Origin: an uncultured Gammaproteobacteria bacterium
GTDB taxonomy: Bacteria > Pseudomonadota > Gammaproteobacteria > JACCXJ01
Length of the DNA stretch: 64,000 nt
NCBI GenBank assembly: GCA_963764725.1
Contig: CAVXTM010000016.1
Coordinates: forward strand, 64,001-128,000
Direction of reading: 5' to 3'
Part shown: positions 21,743 through 32,021 of the stretch, piece by piece
Numbering within the stretch: the stretch's first letter is position 1
Layout of the letters: each line of letters opens with the position of its first letter
Notes under the pieces: model-generated
Told to the model about the DNA's origin: nothing
The model's input: only the letters and a program-made list of their open reading frames with translations
Database searches by the model: none
Translations under genes and position numbers: made by a program

Positions 21743-22829
21743 TCATGCATGAGCGGTATTGAGAGCAGGCATGACCACATACTCTCGGATAGCGAGTGCG
21801 CTGCTGAGCACACGACGACCGAATGTCGTGAGGTAGTACTTGTAGCGATGTCCAATCTTTTTGATGAGGCCATGGGTGCGCAAGCGTTTCAACCAGTAGG
21901 AGGCACGGCCGGTGGAGAGATCCCGGAGATGGGCTCGGAGATCGGAGGCGCGAAAGCCGCTGATGTTCCACTCCCCGCGGGCGAGGGTGATAAAAAGGCT
22001 ATGATCTTCACCGAGGAAGAGATTGAAGCCCCGATAGGAGCGGTCTTTCTCTCGTACAGGTTTGGCCATTTTGTCGATGGCGTGCAGAGCTGCATTGGGG
22101 TTATCGATGCTGGCCATGAAGCTGAGATAGCGTTCATTGGCAGCATGCATCAGCTCTCGCAGATCGGGGAGGCTATAGATGTTTTTTCGCAGGGGTGCGA
22201 GTTTGAATTGCTTGCGCCCATTGCGTTGTTCCACCCAACGGTGGTGTTTGAAGAAGGAGACATCGTTGGCGGTGCATTCCACCCGAGCCATGAGACTGAA
22301 TTTATCGTAGAGCTTGAGGCTTGCTGGTCCCATATGATGGCGGATGCGTGTACCCTGAATGCGGGTGTGAAAATCGTTACCGGCCTCCCCGCTGAAGGCC
22401 GAGGTAAGTTTGCGTCCCAAGAAGGTGGCGACGTGTTCTGCCTTGAGGGCATGCACGGCGGTACGCACGATGGCTTGATAGAGGGGTTGGAAATCGGCTT
22501 GGCGGTGGAAGATGACATCGGTCGAGAAAGCCAGGGCCAGGGAGTGGCCCTGCTTGGCGCGCCGAGGATGCAACTCCACCTGCATGCAGCTCCAGTGATA
22601 ACCAGCGCGAAACTGACCCAAGATAGGACAGAAGCTTTTCGCCCATCGGTCCAAACGCCGATGCAAGCCTTTGGGATCGAGGCTATCGGCAAGCGCCTGA
22701 GCCTGTTGGGGATCGCCGATGGACAAGAAGGCATTATCGGCGCGCTCAAAGGCGATCCCTGTCTTGGTCAGTCGTTGGGCTAACCAGTGATGGCCGTTCA
22801 AATAGACCTGCAGGCGAAACGGTGCCCAG
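21743..22829 (-). pseudogene. 5'-truncated putative transposase of an unclassified element (family usually annotated as MarR-like)
   Basis: NGHHWLAQRL, DNAF, LKLYDK...RVECTANDV, C-terminal wHTH LKRLRTHGLIKKI...YYLT; lies inside the IS cluster. Confidence 0.55.
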
Positions 22830-23724
22830 GTGGGTACTCTGCGACTCGATTATCCGATGAGGCTATTGTGCCGTGTGATGGGGGTTTCGGCCAGTGGCTA
22901 TTATGCGAGGCTTTGCCGTCCGCCCTCGAAGCGATCGAGGGAGGAGGTGCGCTTGAAGGTCGCGATCGGTGCAGCCCATGAACGCACCCGTGGCACCTAT
23001 GGTGCGGAGCGTTTGCAAAAAGAGCTACAAGCCGAAGGTATTCAGGCGGGGGTGGGGCGGATCAAACGCCTTCGCAAGCAGCTTGGGCTATGTTGCAAAC
23101 AACGGCGTAAGTTCAAAGCCACAACCCATTCCAACCATCGGCTGGCGGTTGCAGAGAACCTCCTCGATCAGAATTTTGCAGCGACTCGGCCTAACCAGAT
23201 CTGGGTCGCCGACATCAGCTATGTGCCGACCGATGAGGGCTGGTTATACCTCGCTGCCCTCAAGGACCTCTACACCTGCGAGATCGTCGGCAGAGCGCTC
23301 TCGGAACGCATGAGCAAGGAGCTCGTGGGCCGGGCGCTGATCCAGGCGGTCGCAGCCAAACGCCCAGCGGCAGGGCTGATTCATCATTCTGATCGAGGCA
23401 GTCAATACTGCTCGCATGACTACCGGAAACTCCTCGAGCAATTTGGCATGAAAGCTTCCATGAGCCGCAAAGGCAACTGCTACGACAATGCCCCGGTGGA
23501 GAGTTTCTTCGCCTCGTTAAAAACCGAGCTCGTTTATCATCGGCGCTACCAGACGCGTCGCCAGGCCGTGGCCGAAATCACCGAGTATATCGACCTTTTT
23601 TACAATCGCCAGCGGCGGCATTCGAGACTCGGGTATCTCTCGCCCATGGCTTTCATTATAAAATACTGGGAGAAACGACAGGCAGCTTAAAAGTTATGGC
23701 GTCCACTATTGACAACCGACCTCA
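22830..23724 (+). mobile_element. IS3 OrfB (DDE) with right inverted repeat
   Basis: WVADISY, HHSDRGSQY, GNCYDNAPVESFF; end GGCGTCCACTATTGACAACCGACCTCA. Confidence 0.92.
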
Positions 23725-25730
23725 CCTTTACCTGATAACGAACAAGAGGGTCGGTCGTATCCTGTTTGAACAACTGCCCAAATACTTCATGCGAAATACG
23801 GCTTTGCTCATCGCGGAACGCGCGCTCGCTCCGGAGTTGATCGAGCCGCCGCAGTATTTGCTCAACTAATGCACCCAGCCTGCTGGGAATGGTGTTTTCC
23901 TCAAAGGAAATGCGAAACGCCTGGACGAAATCGTCGTTCGGGCGCGCCAGTAGCTGGTCGAGCACCAACGGGATACCGTGACGACCCCAGCCGTAAAACG
24001 CTTCCGCTGGGATCTCCGTTTCGCGCTCAAGCCTTGCCGCCTGCCGTACCAATTCGATGTGCTCGGGGGGAATGCCGGTTTCGGGGGCGAGAAAAGCTGT
24101 GTCGTCATCCGTCAAGTCGGCGAGTTTAACGCCTTCCAAAACCGGTTCGAGCTCGGCTAGGTGTTCCTCGTATGTGCAAGCCGCGCATGGTTTACAAAAT
24201 AGACCGGGGCGCATGGTTTACAAATTCTCTCCCTGTCCGTGCCATTGGCTGGGAGGGTTGATTTTCTGGTTTCGCTCATTGAGTACACCCAGAAGATGAA
24301 AGCTATAGCGTACTTCCCACAGGAACTCGTCAATCTGGTGCATGCCGATCGGTTCCTTGGCCAGAATGTCTGAGACATAGAGCAGATGGCCTTTCCACTT
24401 GATTTCGCCATTATGTCGCACCCTTCGGACCGTCACCTCAGTCCCATACGCCACTGGCGGCAGCTTCGTGGGATAACTCCTGGGCGAGGCCGTGTACCGT
24501 TCACGAGGTGTTCGCCGTGCCAGCGCTTCATGGCTACGCTCTGCGTTGTACTCGCTGACAAACGCGTTAAAGCGTTGCTGCTGGGCTTCGAGCGTCGCTG
24601 CAGGAGGCGCCACCGCGGCTTCTTTCAACGTCCGATGCATGCGCTCATGTCGGCCATTCTGATCCGGCCGGCCAGGTTCAATGCGCTCGGGACGGATACC
24701 CAGCCGAATCCACCAGGCCGACAGCCGACTCAACCCACCCACCGCCAGCGAGGCAAAGGGGGCGCCGTTGTCGGTCCGTATAGCTTCCGGCAATCCGTAC
24801 TCCCGAAAGACCCATTCGAACCAAGGCTGGACCTCGGCTCACGTCGGTCGTGCCAGACCTCGGCACTGCAAGAGGTAACGGCTGAAGTTGTCCGTCATCG
24901 TCAGCGGGTAACAGCGCCGGCCATCGCCCAGCACGAAATCGCCTTTGAAGTCCGCGCTCCAAAGGGCATTGGCGCCGTCGCAGTGGAGCAACGGCTCGCT
25001 GTGAGGCGCCACCCGCCGACGGCGGCGACGCGGACCCACCAGACCCGCCCGCTTCAGAATCTCACCCGCCGTACTGTCGGCGGGCCAAGCCACCGCGGGA
25101 TCTTCACGGCGCAACCCATCCATCACCTTCTTCGGCCCAAAACGTTGATGCCGCAGTTTGTACTGCACGATTCTTTCGCACAGCGCCGGTTCACTCGCAT
25201 TGGGATGATACTTGGCCGCCCGCGACCACTCCTTGAGCCCATCCAGCCCCAACCGCTGGTACCGCTCAATCCATTTGTCACCTGTCGGGCGACTGATCCC
25301 ATAAAACTCACACAAATTGATCTTGGGGCACTGACCATTCAACCAGTCACCGATAAATTGAACTCGTTGGTCCATCGCACAGGTCTCTTTCCACGGCATT
25401 GGCGTTTCCTCCTCGCCAATACCATAACTGATGTAAACCATGTGCCCGGTTTGTTTTTGTAAAGGATCATACCGGTTTGTACCCCCCCGTTTGGTCGAAG
25501 ATCCGGACGATCAGGTCAGCGGTATGCTTCTCCGCTCTCCGGAATTGTTCGGCCGCATAGGAGATTTGATATTCGCCATTAGTATCGGTAACCGCTTCAC
25601 CCAGGAATTGTTCCGCACGAAGGTCCTTGTCGAATGCACGAATGATATAGCCGCTTAAGTCGAAGACCTCGCCCGAGCGGCTAACCTTACCTCTTACGAT
25701 AAACCGCACGGTGGTTATAACGGAGCTCAT
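23725..25730 (-). pseudogene. N-terminus of a large Tc-toxin-A-like/carboxypeptidase-regulatory-like protein, split by IS481 and IS3
   Basis: IRAFDKDLRAEQFLGEAVTD...ADLIVRIFD (25481-25730) and FLAPETG...IPAEAFYGWGR (23725-24172). Confidence 0.45.
24173..25481 (-). mobile_element. IS481-family element; transposase 24218-25399 has an internal stop at 24839
   Basis: MPWKE, WSADFKG, IRTDNGAPF, QNGRHERMHRTLK; repeated terminal CATGGTTTACA sites at both ends. Confidence 0.88.
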
Positions 25731-25864
25731 ATCGCTACCTCTTGTGGTGGCCTACCGATTACACACGAGAACGGCTCGCAGAGCGCCGCAAGCAGACTAA
25801 GCGACTGGCTGGGCGCTCCGCGTTATAATTAGATGCTCCTATGGTTAGGAAACGAGGTAGCATC

Positions 25865-26065
25865 ATGAAAGTCGCCGATCTCACGGTTGAACAATTGCGA
25901 ACGCTAATCAAGAAAGTCGTGCACGAAGAGTTGCGCGACCTGATGACCGATCCCGATAAGGGACTGGAACTGACCGACGAGATCCAAACACGGCTGCAAG
26001 CGTCCCTGGCCTCCGAAGGCCGGATCTCCTTCGAGGACGTGCAACGAAGGCTGAATCTCGCTTGA
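25865..26065 (+). CDS. Putative antitoxin
   Basis: 66 aa, acidic C-terminus ISFEDV, overlaps a RelE-type toxin. Confidence 0.7.
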   Translation: MKVADLTVEQLRTLIKKVVHEELRDLMTDPDKGLELTDEIQTRLQASLASEGRISFEDVQRRLNLA

Positions 26066-26325
26066 CCTATAACGTCGAGTTCACCTCTCAAGCGCTCGAG
26101 GATCTCTCCCGCCTTGATGCCGCAATCGCCAGACGCATCGCCGAAAAAATCCAGTGGCTCGCCGAGCATTTCGATCAAATCCAAGCCGAGACGCTGACAG
26201 GACGCTTTGCAGGTCTGTTCAAGCTCCGGGTCGGTGACTGGCGCGTACTTTACACGACCGATCCGGCTCAACGCATCATCACGGTTCATGTGATTGCCCA
26301 TCGCAGCAAGGTTTATAAGTCCTGA
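26062..26325 (+). CDS. RelE/ParE family toxin
   Basis: YNVEFTSQALEDLSRL, KLRVGDWRVLY, IAHRSKVY. Confidence 0.88.
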   Translation: MTYNVEFTSQALEDLSRLDAAIARRIAEKIQWLAEHFDQIQAETLTGRFAGLFKLRVGDWRVLYTTDPAQRIITVHVIAHRSKVYKS

Positions 26326-26379
26326 CACGCGTGTGCATCGCGCACCTCACTCAACCTTCATTTCCGTTCGGCAAGGCCT

Positions 26380-26880
26380 CGCCGCTACCGGCCCAATCGA
26401 CCGGCAACCCACCCAGAGGAACGTAGCGGTGGAACGACGAATAAGGCCAATCGTCAATCGTCGCCCCAAACCATGCTTCATAGGATTCCAATGCACGTAA
26501 TCGACGTGCCGGGCGTAATCGGCCTCGTCACGAATGACGTGCTCCCAGAAGCGCTGCCTCCATGCCCCTCGCTCTCCTTCGTCATCCGGACCTTCGAGCG
26601 CCGCTCGGTGCGGGGTAGCGCCTGCACGAATCGTATCTTGATCGCCTCCCAGCGATTGGAGAAATCATCATCGCCCGGCGGCAAGGTCCAAATGCAATGC
26701 AGGTAGTCGGGAAAGACCACCCAGGCGTCGATGTGAAACGGCCGCTCCCGCCGCGTCACTCGCACCGCCTCGCGTAGCGCATCGACATGGCGCACCAGCG
26801 TATCCAGCCGCCGCTCCAACAGGGTTCACCGTAAAGAAATAGGTGCCGCCCAGCACCCGAAAACGTCGATAGTCCAACAT
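26380..26880 (-). pseudogene. REP-associated tyrosine transposase (RAYT), frameshifted
   Basis: YRR...GGTYFFTVN / PFHIDAWVVFPDYLHCIWTLP / RFWEHVIRDEADYARHVDYVHWNP in three frames. Confidence 0.85.
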
Positions 26881-26896
26881 AAAACTCCATACCCGT

Positions 26897-27044
26897 CGTA
26901 GGGCGGAAGCCCGAAGGGTGTTCCGCCAAATGGGATAATCCAAATCAACGGCACGCGATCCATCAAATATGTCTCCCTTCACACTCGGCGGAACCCGCAG
27001 AGCCATTCCCATCCGGCGAAACCCATTTCATGGTTCCGTCTTAC
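26897..27044. repeat. REP-like hairpins flanking the RAYT gene
   Basis: GTAGGGCGGAA...TTCCGCC at 26897-26927, and an inverted degenerate partner GGCGGAACC...GGTTCCGTCTTAC. Confidence 0.65.
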
Positions 27045-27085
27045 GCGGGTTCGGAACGTGGTGGATACCCCGTTCCGCGCGGGAG

Positions 27086-27685
27086 CTACCTACGGGCGCC
27101 TTGATACTTTGGTAGGTTGAGCACCGGCCACTTAGGCGGACTATCTCCGGATATGTCCAGCATTCTCTGCCGATCAGCTTCGCGCGAATCTGCTCGTAGA
27201 AGAAACGGTATATTCCACCCTTTGATTTGGCGACTATACTCGCCAGGATTCACTTCCGTTCCGAATCTGTCTCGCTTTTCAAACTCGTAATAATCACGAA
27301 ACCTACCAAAAACCTTGGTTATCTGTATCTCGACAGTGTCTCCCTTCTCCGAAACGCGCCAAGCATAGTCGGCCTCAACTGTTAGGAGAGCGTGTCCAGA
27401 ACCCCATGCTTGATCCGCACCTCTAGCACCTGGCCACCATCCCTCAGACTGTGCCAGGAATTCTTCGGTAAGGTGAAAATGCTCTATGCCGCTACGTTGG
27501 CCTCGGTGTGCTCTAGCAGCCGCTTCTTCGGTCATGCGGCTCAGGCTTTCTTCCAAGAGTTGTGAGTAGGCTTTACCGCAGCCAGACATTACCCATTCCT
27601 TTTCTACTGTAGAGCTTCCGTCAAGAAGTGTGTAAATAAGTTCAGGCGGCCTTTCTGAGGGTGTCATCATTTTTTCGTATGCCAT
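27086..27685 (-). CDS. Hypothetical protein (possibly the C-terminal remnant of a larger gene)
   Basis: 199-codon ORF with lower GC, adjacent to an IS256 scrap; no family recognised. Confidence 0.45.
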   Translation of the reverse strand: MAYEKMMTPSERPPELIYTLLDGSSTVEKEWVMSGCGKAYSQLLEESLSRMTEEAAARAHRGQRSGIEHFHLTEEFLAQSEGWWPGARGADQAWGSGHALLTVEADYAWRVSEKGDTVEIQITKVFGRFRDYYEFEKRDRFGTEVNPGEYSRQIKGWNIPFLLRADSREADRQRMLDISGDSPPKWPVLNLPKYQGARR

Positions 27686-27714
27686 CGGCGAACGGGATGC
27701 CGCGATAGACTTCT

Positions 27715-27872
27715 TTAAGTAACCCCGCGGCGTTCAATCGGCGGAACGTCGTTTCAGCGACCCTCATGATTTCCAGATCAGCGCGGTGGCGTTCTCGACG
27801 TTCTTGAACCGCTTGGCGGCATCGGTACGCAGCCGTACGGCGGCAAAGGGCGACTCGATCGGGTTAGTGGTC
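27715..27872 (-). pseudogene. IS256 transposase C-terminal fragment
   Basis: TTNPIESPFAAVRLRTDAAKRFKNVENATALIWK. Confidence 0.8.
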
Positions 27873-27906
27873 TGAGGTCGGTTGTCAATAGTGGACGCCA
27901 TAACTT

Positions 27907-28770
27907 TTAAGCTGCCTGTCGTTTCTCCCAGTATTTTATAATGAAAGCCATGGGCGAGAGATACCCGAGTCTCGAATGCCGCCGCTGGCGATTGTAAAAA
28001 AGGTCGATATACTCGGTGATTTCGGCCACGGCCTGGCGACGCGTCTGGTAGCGCCGATGATAAACGAGCTCGGTCTTTAACGTGGCGAAGAAACTCTCCA
28101 CCGGGGCATTGTCGTAGCAGTTGCCTTTGCGGCTCATGGAGGCTTTCATGCCAAATTGCTCGAGGAGTTTCCGGTAGTCATGCGAGCAGTATTGACTGCC
28201 TCGATCAGAATGATGAATCAGCCCTGCCGCTGGGCGTTTGGCTGCGACCGCCTGGATCAGCGCCCGGCCCACGAGCTCCTTGCTCATGCGTTCCGAGAGC
28301 GCTCTGCCGACGATCTCGCAGGTGTAGAGGTCCTTGAGGGCAGCGAGGTATAACCAGCCCTCATCGGTCGGCACATAGCTGATGTCGGCGACCCAGATCT
28401 GGTTAGGCCGAGTCGCTGCAAAATTCTGATCGAGGAGGTTCTCTGCAACCGCCAGCCGATGGTTGGAATGGGTTGTGGCTTTGAACTTACGCCGTTGTTT
28501 GCAACATAGCCCAAGCTGCTTGCGAAGGCGTTTGATCCGCCCCACCCCCGCCTGAATACCTTCGGCTTGTAGCTCTTTTTGCAAACGCTCCGCACCATAG
28601 GTGCCACGGGTGCGTTCATGGGCTGCACCGATCGCGACCTTCAAGCGCACCTCCTCCCTCGATCGCTTCGAGGGCGGACGGCAAAGCCTCGCATAATAGC
28701 CACTGGCCGAAACCCCCATCACACGGCACAATAGCCTCATCGGATAATCGAGTCGCAGAGACCTCATCAA
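27907..28770 (-). CDS. IS3 OrfB transposase
   Basis: Near-identical to 22830-23690. Confidence 0.9.
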   Translation of the reverse strand: MMRSLRLDYPMRLLCRVMGVSASGYYARLCRPPSKRSREEVRLKVAIGAAHERTRGTYGAERLQKELQAEGIQAGVGRIKRLRKQLGLCCKQRRKFKATTHSNHRLAVAENLLDQNFAATRPNQIWVADISYVPTDEGWLYLAALKDLYTCEIVGRALSERMSKELVGRALIQAVAAKRPAAGLIHHSDRGSQYCSHDYRKLLEQFGMKASMSRKGNCYDNAPVESFFATLKTELVYHRRYQTRRQAVAEITEYIDLFYNRQRRHSRLGYLSPMAFIIKYWEKRQAA

Positions 28771-28813
28771 CGCGTACCTCGTAGCGACTCCTTGGCAAAG
28801 TACGCGGTGGCTT

Positions 28814-30425
28814 CCTAAGAAACTCCCGCCACGGCCTCCTCCGTGCGCGGTAAGAGTTCAAAGCCCAAAGCTCGCGCGCGTTGACGAAGGTTCGAGAGCG
28901 TACGTTGACGATAGCGCTCTTCGTAGTACGATGCGCCCGGGTCAACGTAATCAAGGCCGTAGCGCAGGGCATTGTAGAACAAGACTGCGAGCTTGCGCGC
29001 GGTGGCGGTGACAGCTTTGGCTTTACCCACCCGCGCGCCAAGGCGGCGGTAAAAGGCGCCCAGAGCCGTATCGCTTCTGGCAAGGGTGGTCGCGGCCAGG
29101 CGTAAGAGCGCCGCAGCGCGACTCGATGAGGGACGCGTTCTGGACGATAATAATTTCCCGCCGGAGATTTTGTTCCCGGGCGCCAACGCTAGCCAGGAGG
29201 TGAAGTGCTTCGCACTGAGCCAACGTGACATGTCCGTTCCGCATTCTCCCAGGAGTTTCAACGCGAGGTGCGGGCCCATCCCGTGGATTTGGGTCACGTC
29301 GGTACCAACCACCGTATAAAGAGCCATGCGAATATCAAATCTCGGTGCATTGGGTGCACGACCTCGATGCTTGGGCTTGGGCAAGGGGGTGGCCGGTAAT
29401 TCCCTCCCGTGACCAAGCCGGGCCAGGGCCTGTTCAATCTCCACATCACACGCGGCGATTTGCTGCTGGTAGAAATCATAAAGCTCGAGGGCTTGGCGCA
29501 GCGCAAAGACGTGCTCGGGAAGATAGTGACCGACGAGCGCTTCGCGGATTGCCTCAACCGATTCCTTACAGCGTACATCACGGTAACTTGCCAATACCGC
29601 AGGATCGCGTTCTCCAGCGACAATGGCACGGATAATCGTCAACCCCGTGGCACCAGTAATGTCGGTCACGACGTGCTGCAGCTGCAGATTCATCTGGTTC
29701 AGCGCTTTCTGCATGTGTTGAATATGGGAAGCGGCGTAGTCCGAAAGCCGATCGCGTTGTCGCACGTAGGCCCGTAAAACAGCCACCTCCCGCTCGGGAT
29801 GGAAACTTCCGCGTAAAAGACCGCAGGCGTGCAGTTGTTGCAACCATTGCGCGTCATTGACATCGGTCTTGCGCCCAGGGACCGCTTTGGCGTGACGGGC
29901 ATTGACTAAGAGAACTTCAATACCACGACTCTCTAATATCTCAAAGAGGGGGACCCAGTACACGCCCGTCGATTCCATGGCAACCGTTGTGATACCCAGA
30001 TCAACTAGCCAACCAGCAAGTCGATGTAGATCGCGGGTGAAACTTTTGAATGTTTGCACCGCCTCCGCTGCCAGTTCCACCGGAACTGCAACCACGTGGA
30101 TCTGTGCGCCGACATCAATTCCCGCCGCCTTCGGATGAACCACCGATAATGTTTGCCGCTTGCCTTTCGGCTTTCTCGCTCGCGCCATCTTCGTTCTCCA
30201 CCGTTTGCCAAAAGAATCGAAGGGCGGGACGGCGCTCAATCATCACTTTCCTAACCGGGATCACCGAAACGGTGTCACCACTGCCAAGTGCGCTACTGTC
30301 CCTGGACCACGTTTTTTTACGGGGTCAATGCCACCAAAAAGCCAACGGCCGCTCCCTTCGTCCGGGGCAGTATAAAATCACCGGAGTTTCTACTCCTACA
30401 GGTAGTGGGCACGCCCCTTAGAAGG
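28814..30425 (-). mobile_element. IS110-family element, copy 2
   Basis: Removing it restores IS3 OrfA ERDILK(K)ATAYFAKES. Confidence 0.93.
28815..30188 (-). CDS. IS110 DEDD recombinase
   Basis: Translation identical to copy 1. Confidence 0.93.
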   Translation of the reverse strand: MARARKPKGKRQTLSVVHPKAAGIDVGAQIHVVAVPVELAAEAVQTFKSFTRDLHRLAGWLVDLGITTVAMESTGVYWVPLFEILESRGIEVLLVNARHAKAVPGRKTDVNDAQWLQQLHACGLLRGSFHPEREVAVLRAYVRQRDRLSDYAASHIQHMQKALNQMNLQLQHVVTDITGATGLTIIRAIVAGERDPAVLASYRDVRCKESVEAIREALVGHYLPEHVFALRQALELYDFYQQQIAACDVEIEQALARLGHGRELPATPLPKPKHRGRAPNAPRFDIRMALYTVVGTDVTQIHGMGPHLALKLLGECGTDMSRWLSAKHFTSWLALAPGNKISGGKLLSSRTRPSSSRAAALLRLAATTLARSDTALGAFYRRLGARVGKAKAVTATARKLAVLFYNALRYGLDYVDPGASYYEERYRQRTLSNLRQRARALGFELLPRTEEAVAGVS

Positions 30426-30756
30426 TTTTTTAGAATGTCACGTTCCATCTGCAATCGTTCCGCAACTCCCGCTGCAACCGGGTGAGCTCTGCTTCTACCG
30501 CCGTCACCGGCAAGCGGTTCGACCCCACCTCTCAAGTTTCCCCCCCGAGTTCTTTGCCCACGCCGTTCACTAAGGTCTTCGCTGACATCGATAACCAATC
30601 GATGCCGCCTCGGTAGCTTTTAACCTCTCCTCCACAACCAGCTTCACCGCATTCTCACGAAACTCTTTCGTGTAAACCTGCTTCGGTAACTTATTCATTG
30701 AACACCTCCTTCTCCTATACCCTATCGAAGGCGTCCATTTTTTTCATCCTACCTCA

Positions 30757-30968
30757 AGGCATCCGACCTCGACGCAGGCGCCGAGCCGAAGGACCTGGGT
30801 CAGGATACGACCGACGGACAGGGCTTTTTCACCCTCGTCTTTACACCGGCAAAGACGAACCAATAACGGATGACACCACGCGCCGGTTGCGTCTACGGAT
30901 TAACGACCCAGAGGGCAAAGAACTTGCGACGGTCGAGAAGACGGTCAACGTCAAACAGCCGGTATTAC
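30757..30968 (+). pseudogene. Continuation of the gene broken at 23725
   Basis: Joining through the shared AGG gives QVKASDLDAGAEPKDLGQDTTDGQGFFTL. Confidence 0.6.
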
Positions 30969-31806
30969 TCAAGGTTTCAGGCGCTGCCATTTAAGCGCGT
31001 TGCGCCAGTTTTCGAAGAAACGTCGCGCCCAGGCTTCGCGCTCGTAGCACCACAACTGGCCGAAGGATTCCTTGAGCAGATAAGCGGTATTCAATCGCTT
31101 GTTGGCGGCGAGGAGCCTTTTCAGGGCGGCTCGACCATCGAGGGTCAGATGCTCCCGCCGGGAGAGCAGCGTATACCTTTGACCCTTGATGTAGCTCCGT
31201 TTCTCGCCGCTGAGCCGGGCATACTCCTGCTTGCGGATCTTATCGAGCGCCTCACCCAGGTGACGCATCACGTGAAATTTATCGAACAGGATAGCCGCCT
31301 GGGGTGCTTGTTCTCTGGTACTGTTGCGAAACGGCTTCCACATGTCCATCACGGCCAAGCGTACCCCCTTGGTTTTACGTGGCCCCAGCCAGGTGAAGAA
31401 TTCGTCCATGCTGGCCTCCGAGCGACCGGTTCCGCCGAACCAAATGGGTCGGCCACGGAGGAGATCGCTGACCACGATGCGATAGGTGTGACCCTTGCGG
31501 ATGGCGATCTCATCGATGCCGATAACCGCAGGTCCTGGCCGGCCAGCCCGTGCAAGCTGCGCACCCATGTATTGCTTGTCCAACTCCTTGACCGTCTGCC
31601 AGTCGAGATCCAACTCATCGGCCACCGCTTTGATGGTGCTCGTGCGGCAGCGCCGCCCGACGTAGAAAGCAAAGCGCTTGGTGTAGAAAGGGTTGTCGGC
31701 CAGAAAGTCCAGACGCTCGCGCTTCACCTTGCCGCACTGCCGGCAATCCACACGCCGGACCTCCAACTCCAGCCGCACGTGCGTATCCCCGCAGGAGAGA
31801 TCTCAA
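30969..31806 (-). mobile_element. ISL3 transposase fragment (second copy)
   Basis: CRQCG zinc finger, IGIDE, FDKFH; near-identical to 18740-19412. Confidence 0.85.
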
Positions 31807-32021
31807 TCAAGGACTGGCGAAAAGGAACAAGGGGCATCTGGAGCGCATGCACGGTCATCTCGCCGAGGCGCTGCGCAACTTTCGGGAGGCCGAGAAGATA
31901 TTCACCGGCCTGGTCGAGAGGAATGGCGAAGGCGATCGTCCCAGGGCCGAGCTGGCGCGCACCCTGAACTCGCATTGGTGACGCCCTTGCCGATCAAGGC
32001 CGCCCCTCGGACGCGTTCGAC

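Larger units (their letters stand above)
27873..30756 (-). mobile_element. IS3-family element (OrfA from 30698, OrfB 27907-28770) interrupted by IS110
   Basis: IRs TGAGGTAGGATGAAAAAAATGGACGCC / TGAGGTCGGTTGTCAATAGTGGACGCC. Confidence 0.9.

Noticed and set aside
21434-22783. 449-aa plus-strand ORF
   Set aside because: Shadow frame of IS110 and antisense to the 21743-22801 gene
24839-24841. Selenocysteine or read-through at the TGA in the IS481 transposase
   Set aside because: No evidence for recoding; a nonsense mutation is simpler in this decayed region
25820-25860. attC/attI site before the RelE TA pair
   Set aside because: GTTAGGA is not GTTRRRY and no inverse core was found
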